Assembly (NCBI GenBank): GCA_903951185.1 | Contig: CAJBBC010000109.1 | Location: 1 to 34,397, forward strand | Length of the DNA: 34,397 bases | From: an uncultured Actinomycetes bacterium | GTDB lineage: Bacteria; Actinomycetota; Actinomycetes; S36-B12; UBA5976 | Direction of reading: 5' to 3' | Shown: piece by piece, positions 1 to 10,160 of the stretch | Position numbering within the stretch: the first letter of the stretch is position 1 | Layout: the number at the start of each line of letters is the position of its first letter | Program-made: the position numbers and the translations under genes | The notes under the pieces: generated by a model | The model's input: only the letters and a program-made list of their open reading frames with translations | Told to the model about the DNA's origin: nothing | Databases searched by the model: none

Positions 1-2
1 AT

Positions 3-2363
3 GATGCCAATGACAACAATATTGTGGTTGGTTCCGGCCGAGTTACATCTTTAATTGATTTTGGTGATGTGATCATTGCCCCAAGAATTTGTGGCTTAGC
101 TGTAGCTTGTGCCTACACAATTCAAAATTTGGAAGACCCAGTTGCAGATTTTCTTCCAGTTATCCGCGGTTACCACAATGTGACACCATTTAGTGCTACA
201 GAGCTGAATCTAGTTTTTGGATTAATAAAATTACGAATTGCCACAAGTATCACAATGGCTGCAATTCAGTCCGCTAACAATCCAGATAATGACTACTTAC
301 TAATCAGCCAAGATAGTTTTCAAAAACTGATTCAATCACTTAATAAAGTTGATCCAAATTTAGCGCTCTACCGAATTCGCAGTGTTTGTGGATTTGAAGC
401 CAATCCACGCAGTCGTGAAATTCGTCAGTACTTAATGAGTGGCCGAGCTGCAATTAGCGATGTGGTGATGCCGCCGCTTCGAGATGTGCAAAAAATTTGG
501 CTTAACTGGGCAGGCGATAACCCAAATATTCCGAGGCAAACTGAACAAATCTTCACTTTAATGAGTCAAGCGGGTGCAGACCTTGCGATTGGTCACTACT
601 GCGAGAATCGTGAAGTTTACGAGGGCGAAGCATTTTCAGTAGATAGTCCAAACCGACGAACCGTGCACTTAGGTGTGGATTTATTTGCGCCAGCTGGAAC
701 ACCAGTATTTGCAGCGTTAGATGGTGTAGTTGAATATTTCAATGACAATAATGTCCATTTAGATTATGGCCCAGTAATTATTTTGCGTCATAAAACAGAT
801 ACTGGGATTCCTTTTTTCACACTTTATGGACACCTCTCCAGGCCATCCTTAGACAACCTGCATATAGGTAAAGAAATTTCGACTGGCGATTTAATCGCAA
901 CTATGGGCGAAGAGCACGAAAATGTTGGCTGGCCACCGCATACTCACTTCCAGTTACTAACTGACTTATGCGGAATGGGTTTAGATATTTATGGTGTGGC
1001 ACCACTTATTGAATTGCCAGTTTGGCGAAGTATTTCGCCAAATCCAAATCTAGTTTTGCAGATTGCGCAAGGAACTGATGCGCACACATTAATGCCAGTC
1101 GAGGTTTTAGCTCAGGAACGCCAAGTTGTTTTATCCCGAGCATTGAGCTTGAATTTTCAAGAACCGATTGAAATAGTTTCCGGTAAAGGCGCTTACTTAC
1201 ACGATCGTAAAGGTCGTCCTTATTTAGATTTAGTAAACAATGTGGCTCATGTTGGCCATTCACATCCTAGGGTTGTAGCCGCTGGTCAAAAACAAATGGC
1301 TACGTTAAATACAAATACGCGTTACTTAAATCAAAATGCAATTGAGTACGCCCGTTCACTAGCTAGTACTTTTCCAGATCCATTGAATGTTGTTTTCTTT
1401 GTTAATAGCGGATCAGAGGCAAACGATTTAGCGTTACGTCTTGCCCAGGCACATACAAAAGCCAAAGGTGTGATTGCTTTAGATCACGCTTACCACGGAC
1501 ATATCAGCAGCATTATCGATATAAGTCCATACAAATTTGCAGGCAAAGGTGGCGCCGGTCGACCAGATCATGTTCGCGTTGTCCCGACACCAGATAGCTA
1601 CAAAGGTTTACATCGAGGTGCTGATGCGGGTACAAAGTACGCTGCCGAATTTGCGGCACAACTTGCTGACTTAAAGCAACCACTTTGCGCATTTATCAGC
1701 GAATCGATTATTAGTACCGCTGGACAAATAACGTTGGCGCCAGGTTTCTTAAAATCCGCATATGAACAAACGCGCGCGGCTGGTGGTATTTGTATCGCGG
1801 ATGAAGTTCAGATTGGGATGGGTCGGGTCGGCGAGCATTTCTGGGGATTTGAACTACATGGAGTTGTTCCAGATATTGTCACCATCGGAAAACCAATTGG
1901 TAACGGACATCCGCTTGCTGCGGTAGTTACCACACCTGAAATTGCTCAATCATTCTTAACCGGAATGGAATACTTCAACACTTTTGGTGGTAATCCAGTT
2001 TCAGCAGCCATCGGCCAAGCAGTTTTGGATGTAGTTGCAGATCAGGGCTTACAAGCTAACGCTCAAAAAATGGGTAACTACTTAATGGATAGTGTTCGGG
2101 CGCTGGCTAGCAAAATTCCAGTTATCGGTGATGTCCGAGGAAGCGGATTATTTATTGGCGTTGAATTGGTTCTTGACCAAAAAACTCAAGAGCCAGCCAC
2201 AGCAATTACTGCCCAGTTACTCGAATTTGCTAAAAATCAAGGTGTCTTTTTATCTAGTGACGGTCCAGCAAATAACGTACTTAAAATAAAACCGCCAATG
2301 ATTATTAGTAAAACTGACGTTGATTTATTTTTATCAGTGTTTAAAGACGGTTTAACTAAATAG
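3..2363 (+). CDS. Fusion of an APH-like phosphotransferase, an M23 peptidase-like domain and a class III PLP aminotransferase/phospho-lyase (5'-partial)
   Basis: The frame is open to the window edge: DANDNNI...LIDFGD matches the kinase catalytic and Mg-binding motifs. HLGVD, YGHL and HTH are M23 motifs. [13 protein letters not shown] and TIGKPIGNG (PLP Lys) are class III aminotransferase motifs. The true start lies upstream of the window. Confidence 0.85.
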   Translation, partial: DANDNNIVVGSGRVTSLIDFGDVIIAPRICGLAVACAYTIQNLEDPVADFLPVIRGYHNVTPFSATELNLVFGLIKLRIATSITMAAIQSANNPDNDYLLISQDSFQKLIQSLNKVDPNLALYRIRSVCGFEANPRSREIRQYLMSGRAAISDVVMPPLRDVQKIWLNWAGDNPNIPRQTEQIFTLMSQAGADLAIGHYCENREVYEGEAFSVDSPNRRTVHLGVDLFAPAGTPVFAALDGVVEYFNDNNVHLDYGPVIILRHKTDTGIPFFTLYGHLSRPSLDNLHIGKEISTGDLIATMGEEHENVGWPPHTHFQLLTDLCGMGLDIYGVAPLIELPVWRSISPNPNLVLQIAQGTDAHTLMPVEVLAQERQVVLSRALSLNFQEPIEIVSGKGAYLHDRKGRPYLDLVNNVAHVGHSHPRVVAAGQKQMATLNTNTRYLNQNAIEYARSLASTFPDPLNVVFFVNSGSEANDLALRLAQAHTKAKGVIALDHAYHGHISSIIDISPYKFAGKGGAGRPDHVRVVPTPDSYKGLHRGADAGTKYAAEFAAQLADLKQPLCAFISESIISTAGQITLAPGFLKSAYEQTRAAGGICIADEVQIGMGRVGEHFWGFELHGVVPDIVTIGKPIGNGHPLAAVVTTPEIAQSFLTGMEYFNTFGGNPVSAAIGQAVLDVVADQGLQANAQKMGNYLMDSVRALASKIPVIGDVRGSGLFIGVELVLDQKTQEPATAITAQLLEFAKNQGVFLSSDGPANNVLKIKPPMIISKTDVDLFLSVFKDGLTK

Positions 2364-2369
2364 CATTAA

Positions 2370-3227
2370 CTACTTATGTAATAAGCCGGCACTAGCAAGT
2401 TTGGTATCACAATCAGTTCCACCCGGAATAGTTGTTTCTGGATTGCGTGCTGGACACACCTGTGAAAAAGCGCAATAGTCACAAAGTTTTGAAACTTTCG
2501 CGTCCCAAGCGGAATTGCTAATACTAGCTTCGCTTTCAGCGCGCATTACGGCTAGCGACTCACCAACTTTTGTAACCAGTCCCCAATCAGCTGGTCGGCG
2601 AACAACTTCTTTGGCATTCAAAAAAATTAATTCAACCTCATCAACATCAATGTCATATTGTTCCTTGTACGCAAGTGCATACAAATAAGGTTGGGCTAGT
2701 TTGTCGTCCACAAACTTGCCTGGACTTTTTCCGGTTTTATAGTCAGTTACTCGATTTATTCCATCTTGAGTAAATCGATCAACTTTGCCAAAGAAATTAA
2801 CACCATTAATTTCTATATTCAGTTCCATTTCCAAATGCTCAGGCTGAACTACTAATTCAGTCGGAGTTTCAAGCGCAAACAAATTTTCCACTGCTTCACG
2901 GACTGAATGTTTCATCTTTAAGTCATCTGCAAACTTTAGATACTCACTTTGTTGTAAAAACTTAGGACCATATTCTCGAAGTATCTCAATGGCAGCTGGT
3001 AACGTACGTTGTTCGCTTGGCAGTCGATACAAACGCTCAATTACATCGTGAGTTATTGAGCCACCTGCTAACGCTGCAGTTGGTGGTTCGCGCCAATTAT
3101 CGATGTAAGAAAAAAAGTATTTCAAGCCACACTGTTGAAAAAGTGCCATCTGGGAATAGGACACTCGTTTAGGAAGTTTGGCATTTGCTGGTTGCTCAAC
3201 TTCAACTTTTAAAAACTTATCGGCCAC
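2370..3227 (-). CDS. PD-(D/E)XK RecB/Cas4-like nuclease
   Basis: SYSQ...QC, G...H, GKVDR...DYKTG, QPYLYALA and C-terminal CDYC-x5-C; SD-like GGAAAG upstream of the GTG start. Confidence 0.85.
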   Translation of the reverse strand: MADKFLKVEVEQPANAKLPKRVSYSQMALFQQCGLKYFFSYIDNWREPPTAALAGGSITHDVIERLYRLPSEQRTLPAAIEILREYGPKFLQQSEYLKFADDLKMKHSVREAVENLFALETPTELVVQPEHLEMELNIEINGVNFFGKVDRFTQDGINRVTDYKTGKSPGKFVDDKLAQPYLYALAYKEQYDIDVDEVELIFLNAKEVVRRPADWGLVTKVGESLAVMRAESEASISNSAWDAKVSKLCDYCAFSQVCPARNPETTIPGGTDCDTKLASAGLLHK

Positions 3228-3260
3228 TGCAGTTACGTCTTTCCAATTTTGATTACTGCC

Positions 3261-3282
3261 AGACTAGTTCAGCTTGCTGACA
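3261..3282 (-). promoter_or_regulatory. RecA-NDp/PafBC-type DNA-damage promoter of the nuclease gene
   Basis: The minus strand reads TGTCAG-caagctgaac-TAGTCT, i.e. TGTCRG-N10-TANNNT, 33 nt upstream of the start codon. Confidence 0.7.
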
Positions 3283-3294
3283 AAAACTGCTAGA

Positions 3295-4935
3295 TCAGAG
3301 CGCTTCGTTAACTTCTTTTGTAATTTTGGTTATTTGCGCCTGCTCCGCTGACCGTTGCCCAGTAGTGCAGACAATCACATGGATTCCCGGGATTTTATTA
3401 GTTCGATTCAACGCACTTACAAATTCAGATTTTGTGGTTACTCGTGCAGCTGGCACACCCAAAGCTTCAGCTATAACCCACAGATCGCGTCCATGTGGTG
3501 TACCAAATATTTGTTCGAAATATTTTGAATAAGCAGGATCGCCCTGTTCTAACTGGCTAAATATTCCACTGCCATCATTATCGACAACAACTACAGTCAA
3601 ATTAGGTTTTACATTAAAATCTGAAATATTTAAGCCTGCCATTCCATGTAAGAAAGCAATATCTCCAATTAGTAAGTAAGTTCGCTGCGTAGCGTTAAGT
3701 GCTACTCCGCAGGCTGTTGAAATTAAGCCATCAATTCCATTTACGCCACGATTCCCAAATACCGTTAATCCAGTTCTGGTTTGGGCATACATTTCAATAT
3801 GTCGAACTGGCCAAGAAGCCGAAATAAATAAATTTGAATCATCGGCAAGTTGATTCCAAAGTTCAACTGCTGTATTCGGTCCCGTTAAAGTCTCTGAATT
3901 TAGATTTTTAATCACTACTTGACCAGCTAGCTGATCCAACTCTTGCCAGGTACTTAACCAACTTGATTCAGCCGGCGTAAGCGCTTGCGGAATGTAATTA
4001 ATACTTTCTTGGGCACTTAAAACCGGATTTGGTAAATCCGAACCAGAGTTGGGTAAGTGAATTGCGATGTGTTTCGGTGTTGATTTAAGTAGTGCTAAAA
4101 CACTGCGTGATAAGCCAATTAAGCCAACACTAATTACTACATCGGGTTTTGGAGTTTTTCCAGTTTGTAAAAGTAATGCGCCATAACTTAAAGCATTATC
4201 TGAACTATGTAACTGCGCCGTAGGTTCCCAAATAATTGGATAGCCAGCAGCTTTCGCAAACTGAGCTAATTTTTCAACCTGCGGCCCCGGGCTTATATCG
4301 CCAACAATTAGTAACCCTCGAGCTGGCAAAGTTAACGGTTTTGATTCAGCGATTACTTCTTTGAATTCAGCAACAGCGACTTCGGCAATTACGGCAGTTG
4401 GATCCGTTGGCATAAGTGGCAAATCAAATTGGGTATTAATGTGAACAGGGCCAAAATGCCCGGTAATTGAGTTTTGAAAAGCTGCATAAATTTGCTCAGT
4501 TGCCGTAGCTGTATCCACTTGGGTTTTTACAAAATTTTCAAACATGCCAGGTTGGATAGTGGTTTGCGGAGCACTATTTCTGCGGACCGCAGCTAATCGA
4601 TCCGCACTGAGCACTATTAATGGCACGCCACTGTGATGGGCCTCAACAACGGCAGGTAAAAGATTTGCCACTGCGGTTCCTGAAGTCACGACAACTGGCA
4701 CAGGTCGGTTACTTTTTTTAGCAAGCCCAAGTGCTAAGAAAGCCGCTTCGCGCTCATCAATTCGAGTATGTAACTTAATTCGCCCTTTATTTGCAAGAGC
4801 AGCAAACTGCCAGGCAAGAGGAGCGCTACGTGAGCCTGGGCAAACTACAACATCAGTTACGCCAACTTTAAGTGCGGCTTCGGCAACACAAATAGCTAGC
4901 AGGGTTGCCGGATTAGTAGTTCCATTAGCTACCAC
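3295..4935 (-). CDS. menD: SEPHCHC synthase MenD
   Basis: CPGSRSAPL, DEREAAFLALG, TSGTAVANL, NRGVNGIDG and the GD...DNDG ThDP motif; lies in the men cluster. Confidence 0.95.
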   Translation of the reverse strand: MVANGTTNPATLLAICVAEAALKVGVTDVVVCPGSRSAPLAWQFAALANKGRIKLHTRIDEREAAFLALGLAKKSNRPVPVVVTSGTAVANLLPAVVEAHHSGVPLIVLSADRLAAVRRNSAPQTTIQPGMFENFVKTQVDTATATEQIYAAFQNSITGHFGPVHINTQFDLPLMPTDPTAVIAEVAVAEFKEVIAESKPLTLPARGLLIVGDISPGPQVEKLAQFAKAAGYPIIWEPTAQLHSSDNALSYGALLLQTGKTPKPDVVISVGLIGLSRSVLALLKSTPKHIAIHLPNSGSDLPNPVLSAQESINYIPQALTPAESSWLSTWQELDQLAGQVVIKNLNSETLTGPNTAVELWNQLADDSNLFISASWPVRHIEMYAQTRTGLTVFGNRGVNGIDGLISTACGVALNATQRTYLLIGDIAFLHGMAGLNISDFNVKPNLTVVVVDNDGSGIFSQLEQGDPAYSKYFEQIFGTPHGRDLWVIAEALGVPAARVTTKSEFVSALNRTNKIPGIHVIVCTTGQRSAEQAQITKITKEVNEAL

Positions 4936-5969
4936 TGCTCCACCGCCTGCCTAACTGTGTCCGAAACTAATTTAGCCCCACTTGCATACCAAGCTCGAAT
5001 CATTCTTTCTTGCCAAGCTTTCTGCTGGGCTGCCGTAACTTTTTCGTTTGCTGCGGTAAGTAAGTCAGGATCAGGTTTTGGAATCGTCACTGTGATTTGA
5101 CCATTGCGCGGTAGTACCGGGTGCTTAACTAAATCACTTGCGAACAACGCACCAGTTGCTAAACCACAAGCTCCAGCTAAATCTGGCACACTTGCGGCTA
5201 GCACTAATCCGCTGGCTAACCCGATTGAAGTATCTAAACTTCCACTAACTACAACTGGCAAACCAACTTGTTCAATTGCATCGAGAGCAATTCGGGTACC
5301 GCCCATTGGAATTGATTTAACTATCAAAACATCCGCACTATTTCGCAAAGCTTCTGGATCAACTTGTTTTGCTAAACGCAAACCCTCATCTACTGCAATT
5401 TTTACAAATAATTCTGACTTTACTTTTGCACATTCAGCTAACGTTGCACATGGTTGTTCAACGTAATCTAATCCCCCAGCCATAAATTCAAATTGCGGAA
5501 TTATCTCGACAGCTTCTTTTGCACTCCAGGCGCCATTTGCATCTATTCGAATATTTACATCTGAAACACCTAGGTCTTCTAGCTGTAATCGAATAGATTG
5601 GATCCGCACTAAATCTTGGCCAAGACTTTGACCAGGTTCGGCTACTTTAACTTTTAGTGTGGTTAAACCATATTCAACAACTGATCGAAAAGTTATTGCT
5701 GCAGCTAATTCATTCGAAACTGCAGGGATAATCGCATTCACTGGGACGCTCTCGCGAACTGGTGTCGGCCAGTCACCAAATGCAGCTTCAAGTGCGCCAG
5801 CTAACCAACGTCCCGAAATTTCATCATCGTAGTTTTCAAACGGAGCAAATTCACCCCACCCAGCTGACCCTTGAAAAACTAATCCTGTTCTGATTTCAGT
5901 CGAGCGAAATTTCATCGTCAGTGGCAAAGCAAATGCTGTTGCTTGCTCCGCTAAATTTTCGATCGACAT
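4929..5969 (-). CDS. menC: o-succinylbenzoate synthase
   Basis: Enolase-superfamily motifs GWGEFAPF, KVKVA, RIDANGAW, EQPC and DE; lies between menB and menD. Confidence 0.93.
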   Translation of the reverse strand: MSIENLAEQATAFALPLTMKFRSTEIRTGLVFQGSAGWGEFAPFENYDDEISGRWLAGALEAAFGDWPTPVRESVPVNAIIPAVSNELAAAITFRSVVEYGLTTLKVKVAEPGQSLGQDLVRIQSIRLQLEDLGVSDVNIRIDANGAWSAKEAVEIIPQFEFMAGGLDYVEQPCATLAECAKVKSELFVKIAVDEGLRLAKQVDPEALRNSADVLIVKSIPMGGTRIALDAIEQVGLPVVVSGSLDTSIGLASGLVLAASVPDLAGACGLATGALFASDLVKHPVLPRNGQITVTIPKPDPDLLTAANEKVTAAQQKAWQERMIRAWYASGAKLVSDTVRQAVEQW

Positions 5970-5986
5970 ACTTATCCCGCGTATTA

Positions 5987-6919
5987 CTACGGGCGCTTAG
6001 GGAATTGCTTAAAATCTGGTTTACGCTTTTCTTTATAAGCGTTACGACCTTCTTGTGCTTCTTCGCTCATGTAAAACAAAAGTGTGGCATCCCCAGCAAG
6101 TTGTTGAACGCCAGCTAAACCGTCATCCACTGCATTGTGACTTGCTTTAAGCATCCGAAGTGCCAGTGGTGAAAGTTCTAACATTTCGTTACACCACTTA
6201 ACTGTCTCTAATTCTAAATCGGCAATCGGCACAACTTGATTTACTAAGCCCCAGTCATAAGCTTGCTCGGCACCGTACTGACGACAGGTGTACCAAACTT
6301 CACGGGCACGTTTTTGCCCAATGTGGCGAGCAAGTAATCCAGAACCATAACCACCATCAAATGAACCAACTATTGGTCCAGTCTGCCCAAAGCGCGCATT
6401 GTCGGCGGCAATAGTTAAATCACAAACCACATGCAGGACATGGCCTCCACCAATTGAATAACCAGCAACCATTGCAATAACAGGTTTTGGAATTCGGCGA
6501 ATCGCAATTTGTAAATCTAAAACATTTAGTCGGCCAACCCCTGCTTCGGCAATTGCATCATCGCCGATGTAACCATCGTCGCCGCGAATCATTTGATCGC
6601 CGCCACTGCAGAATGCCCAATCACCTTGGCCAGTCAAAATAATTACGCCGACAGTCGGATTATCACGAGCTTCTTCAAATGCGTGAATTAATTCTTTAAC
6701 AGTTTGCGGGCGAAACGCATTCCTTTTCTCCGGACGATTTATTGTGATCTTGGCTATTCCGCGATCTGCACCACTTGATAGTTCAAGTTTTATGTCGCTG
6801 TATTCACCAATAGATTCCCATTTACAAGCAGGGTTAATCGAGGAGTAACTTGGATCGGACTTTGCTGGGCTGCCATCAGCCACCACTGGAGGCAATACGT
6901 ACTTATTTCGAGTGTCCAT
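5987..6919 (-). CDS. menB: 1,4-dihydroxy-2-naphthoyl-CoA synthase
   Basis: [32 protein letters not shown] and EAQEGRNAY motifs. Confidence 0.97.
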   Translation of the reverse strand: MDTRNKYVLPPVVADGSPAKSDPSYSSINPACKWESIGEYSDIKLELSSGADRGIAKITINRPEKRNAFRPQTVKELIHAFEEARDNPTVGVIILTGQGDWAFCSGGDQMIRGDDGYIGDDAIAEAGVGRLNVLDLQIAIRRIPKPVIAMVAGYSIGGGHVLHVVCDLTIAADNARFGQTGPIVGSFDGGYGSGLLARHIGQKRAREVWYTCRQYGAEQAYDWGLVNQVVPIADLELETVKWCNEMLELSPLALRMLKASHNAVDDGLAGVQQLAGDATLLFYMSEEAQEGRNAYKEKRKPDFKQFPKRP

Positions 6920-6970
6920 TTAAGTGCCTTTTGGATTAGTTAGTTTCGCTATCGTTCTAGGCTAGTCACA

Positions 6971-8266
6971 ATGACTCAATCTGACATATCCGGCAAAGTT
7001 GCTCGCAACTTGGTGGCCGTACCGATTCCACCTGGCCCGAGTGGTGTCATTCGGCTTGCCCCCGCGTTGATCCAAGCAATTTCTGGAAATGGTCCGGCTA
7101 TCGCACCGATTCCAACTGGACCGGCTGGCTTGGTGGATTTACTTATGTCGGCATTGAAACCTGATGATCCGGCGTACCCGCTGGAATCTGCTGACATAGC
7201 CGTAGTCTGTTCAACTTCTGGTTCAACTGGAAATCCACGAGGTGTACTTTTAACAACTGCTGCACTAACAAGTTCAGCTGCTGCATTTGCTAAACGTTTC
7301 GGATCTGATTACCGCTGGGTTATGTCTGTACCAGCCCACCGAATCGCCGGTGTGATGGTTTTACTTCGTGCACATTTACATGGCAGTCCTTATTTAGTTG
7401 ATCCATCAACTGGCGGCGGCCGGCAATTTGATCCGGCAACTTTTGCGGCAACGACTTTGCAAGCTGTGCGCGAAAGTAAAGCTGATGGTCGACCTCTAGC
7501 AGTTTCATTAGTTCCAACTCAAATTGGCAGATTACTTGAAGCTGGTTCAGTTGGTATCGAGGCGCTCCAGTCCTACGCTTTAATCCTTAGCGGCGCAGCA
7601 GCTACGCCACAGCCGATGTTAAATCGGTTACGCGAACTTGGAATTAATGTTGTTGTCTCTTACGGAATGACTGAAACTTGCGGCGGTTGTGTTTACGACG
7701 GACAACCGCTCGAAGGTGTAACTATCTCACTTGGCACAAAAGATGATGTTGAACCAGGCCGTATTTCAATTTCTGGACCAGTGGTGGCATCTGGATATCG
7801 ACTACGACCAGATCTAGATGCGGTAACCGTAATTCAAAATAAATTAATGACTCATGATGTTGGAAAGTTAGATACCTCAGGATTACTACATGTACTTGGG
7901 CGGTTAGATGATGTAGTTCAAGTAGGTGGAACTAATGTTTCACTATCCGCAGTCGAAGCACTTTTGCGTCATCACCCAGATATTTCTGATGTTGCCGTAA
8001 TCGACATTGTTGATGAACTCTGGGGTTCAATACCTATGGCTTATGTAAAGTTACGCAATACTTATTCAGACACTGACGCTTTAATTGAATTAATGCGACA
8101 AACTGTCACGGATCGAATTGGCCGGGCGGCAACACCTAGATCGATTCAGATTGTAGATCAGTTACCAATGCTCGACTCAGGAAAAATTGATCGACTATCA
8201 CTTCGATTAAAAGCTGGCGAATCAATTGCTAGCGGCGAAATCCCACACCCAGGAACAGGTAAGTAA
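6971..8266 (+). CDS. menE: o-succinylbenzoate-CoA ligase (short actinobacterial form)
   Basis: AMP-binding motifs TSGSTGNPRG, SYGMTET, GRLDD and SGKID; divergent from menB and abuts menA. Confidence 0.88.
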   Translation: MTQSDISGKVARNLVAVPIPPGPSGVIRLAPALIQAISGNGPAIAPIPTGPAGLVDLLMSALKPDDPAYPLESADIAVVCSTSGSTGNPRGVLLTTAALTSSAAAFAKRFGSDYRWVMSVPAHRIAGVMVLLRAHLHGSPYLVDPSTGGGRQFDPATFAATTLQAVRESKADGRPLAVSLVPTQIGRLLEAGSVGIEALQSYALILSGAAATPQPMLNRLRELGINVVVSYGMTETCGGCVYDGQPLEGVTISLGTKDDVEPGRISISGPVVASGYRLRPDLDAVTVIQNKLMTHDVGKLDTSGLLHVLGRLDDVVQVGGTNVSLSAVEALLRHHPDISDVAVIDIVDELWGSIPMAYVKLRNTYSDTDALIELMRQTVTDRIGRAATPRSIQIVDQLPMLDSGKIDRLSLRLKAGESIASGEIPHPGTGK

Positions 8267-9148
8267 ATGGCGACAAGAGAACAATGGATTGAAGGCGCAC
8301 GGCCACTAACTTTGCCGGCGGCAGTAGCCCCTATTTTACTTGGCAGCGCAATTGCAAAATTTGAAGGCGGCTTCAATCCGATTATCGCAATTCTTGCGCT
8401 TGTAGTTTCACTGGCTTTACAAGTTGGCGTTAACTACGCAAATGACTACAGCGACGGTATTCGCGGCACAGACGCAAATCGCGTTGGTCCAGTTCGCTTA
8501 GTCGGACAAGAGTTAGCAAGTCCAACTGAAGTACAGCGCGCTGCATTTATAAGTTTTGGGCTAGCTGCAGTTGCTGGTCTTGGGATTAGCGTAATAAGTG
8601 ATTTATGGATTTTAATTCCGGTTGGTTTACTTTCAATTTTGGCAGCTTGGTTCTACACCGGTGGTAAGAATCCATATGGGTATGCCGGATTCGGTGAACT
8701 TTTTGTTTTTGTCTTCTTTGGATTAGTCGCTGTAGTGGGCACAACGTTTGCCCAAACTGGTTTTATCTCGTGGGTTGCCGTCTTGGGCGGAATTTCATGC
8801 GGCGCACTTTCGAGTGCGATTCTGATTGCAAATAATTTACGTGATATTCCAACGGACACTCTAACTGGTAAGCGAACCCTAGCGGTCAAACTTGGGGATC
8901 AAAGAACTCGCGAACTATATCGATTTACAATTGTGGTTGCATTTGTAATGCCGATTATCGAATCTTTCCAACCATCTGGTCCGGTTAATGCCTACGTTGG
9001 ATTATTCGCAATTTTGTCTGCTCGTTACCCATTACATTTAATTCGCAGTGGGGTAACTGGCCCAGAATTGATTCCGGTATTAATGTTTACCGGCCGACTA
9101 CTTCTGATTTTTTCAGTGATCAGCAGTATTGCCATTTGGTTTTCTTAA
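8267..9148 (+). CDS. menA: 1,4-dihydroxy-2-naphthoate polyprenyltransferase
   Basis: ARPLTL, NYANDYSDG, NNLRDIPTD and GKRTLAV; multi-TM UbiA family. Confidence 0.95.
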   Translation: MATREQWIEGARPLTLPAAVAPILLGSAIAKFEGGFNPIIAILALVVSLALQVGVNYANDYSDGIRGTDANRVGPVRLVGQELASPTEVQRAAFISFGLAAVAGLGISVISDLWILIPVGLLSILAAWFYTGGKNPYGYAGFGELFVFVFFGLVAVVGTTFAQTGFISWVAVLGGISCGALSSAILIANNLRDIPTDTLTGKRTLAVKLGDQRTRELYRFTIVVAFVMPIIESFQPSGPVNAYVGLFAILSARYPLHLIRSGVTGPELIPVLMFTGRLLLIFSVISSIAIWFS

Positions 9149-10143
9149 TTTAAACCAGAGTACGAATGCAAGCCTTGAATCACTGTATTCACAACGAAGT
9201 AATTGAAAATAATTGCTAAGAAGCCAGCGATGGCAATGTATGCAGCCCTACGTCCACGCCAACCTGCAGTTGCTCTGGCGTGTAAATAAGCCGCATAAAT
9301 AACCCAAGTTATAAACGCCCAAGTTTCTTTTGGATCCCAACCCCAGTAACGTCCCCAAGCGGCTTCAGCCCAAATCGCTCCCGCTATTACCGAGAAAGTC
9401 CAAAGCGGAAACATAAAGGCGTGAATTCGGTAAGCCATTAAATCTAATCGGTCAGCATTTGGTAGTCGCTTAGCTAGTTGATCCAATTTTGTTGCGGTAG
9501 TACTAGCTTTAATCCGATCCTCAGATTTTTCAGCAATTAAATAAAGGCTCGACAGCAGCGCGCCCACGGTAAATGCACCGATACAAACGATTGCAGTCGT
9601 TACGTGAATCGCTAGCCAGTAGGACCGAAGTGCTGGAACTAACGGCGCACTTTCGGTGTACAGCACCGTAATTGCTAAACCAAGAGCTAGTAAAACTGGA
9701 ATCGTGATAAACAAACCAAGCCAACGCAAATCACGCTTTAACGATAGTGCGCAATATGCAGCGGTAATCGAAAAACCTGCAGCAATGGAAAACTCATACA
9801 TATTTCCCCACGGCAATCGATTAGCCGATAGTCCACGCAGTACTAAAGCGCCGCCAATCAAAATAGTGCTCAACCACATCACGGCCATGCCAATATTTCC
9901 CGCACGCCTTCCAGCGCCTTCGGCATTTGAAGTCGTAACTGAAGGAGTTTCTAAAGTTGTGGTTGCGCCCATTTTTAATTGGTGGGAAATCTCAATGGAT
10001 CGATTTTCTGAATTAGAAATAGGTTCTAGCTGGCGACCTTTAGCTAGTGCAACACTGAATGCGACCATGCCTGCAGTCAAAGTGGTCATCGCACCATAAA
10101 TAAGAAGATCGCTTAACTCGGCCAAACTTTGATCTATTTGCAT
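9145..10143 (-). CDS. ccsB: System II cytochrome c synthase, WWD-domain subunit (called CcsB or CcsA/ResC depending on nomenclature)
   Basis: WAEAAWGRYWGWDPKETW, PWGNMYE and C-terminal GLHSY. Confidence 0.95.
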   Translation of the reverse strand: MQIDQSLAELSDLLIYGAMTTLTAGMVAFSVALAKGRQLEPISNSENRSIEISHQLKMGATTTLETPSVTTSNAEGAGRRAGNIGMAVMWLSTILIGGALVLRGLSANRLPWGNMYEFSIAAGFSITAAYCALSLKRDLRWLGLFITIPVLLALGLAITVLYTESAPLVPALRSYWLAIHVTTAIVCIGAFTVGALLSSLYLIAEKSEDRIKASTTATKLDQLAKRLPNADRLDLMAYRIHAFMFPLWTFSVIAGAIWAEAAWGRYWGWDPKETWAFITWVIYAAYLHARATAGWRGRRAAYIAIAGFLAIIFNYFVVNTVIQGLHSYSGLN

Positions 10144-10160
10144 TACAACCTTTTATTCTG

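Noticed and set aside
2370-3227. Cas4-like gene as evidence of a CRISPR system
   Set aside because: No repeat-spacer array or other cas genes are in the window; the promoter points to DNA repair.
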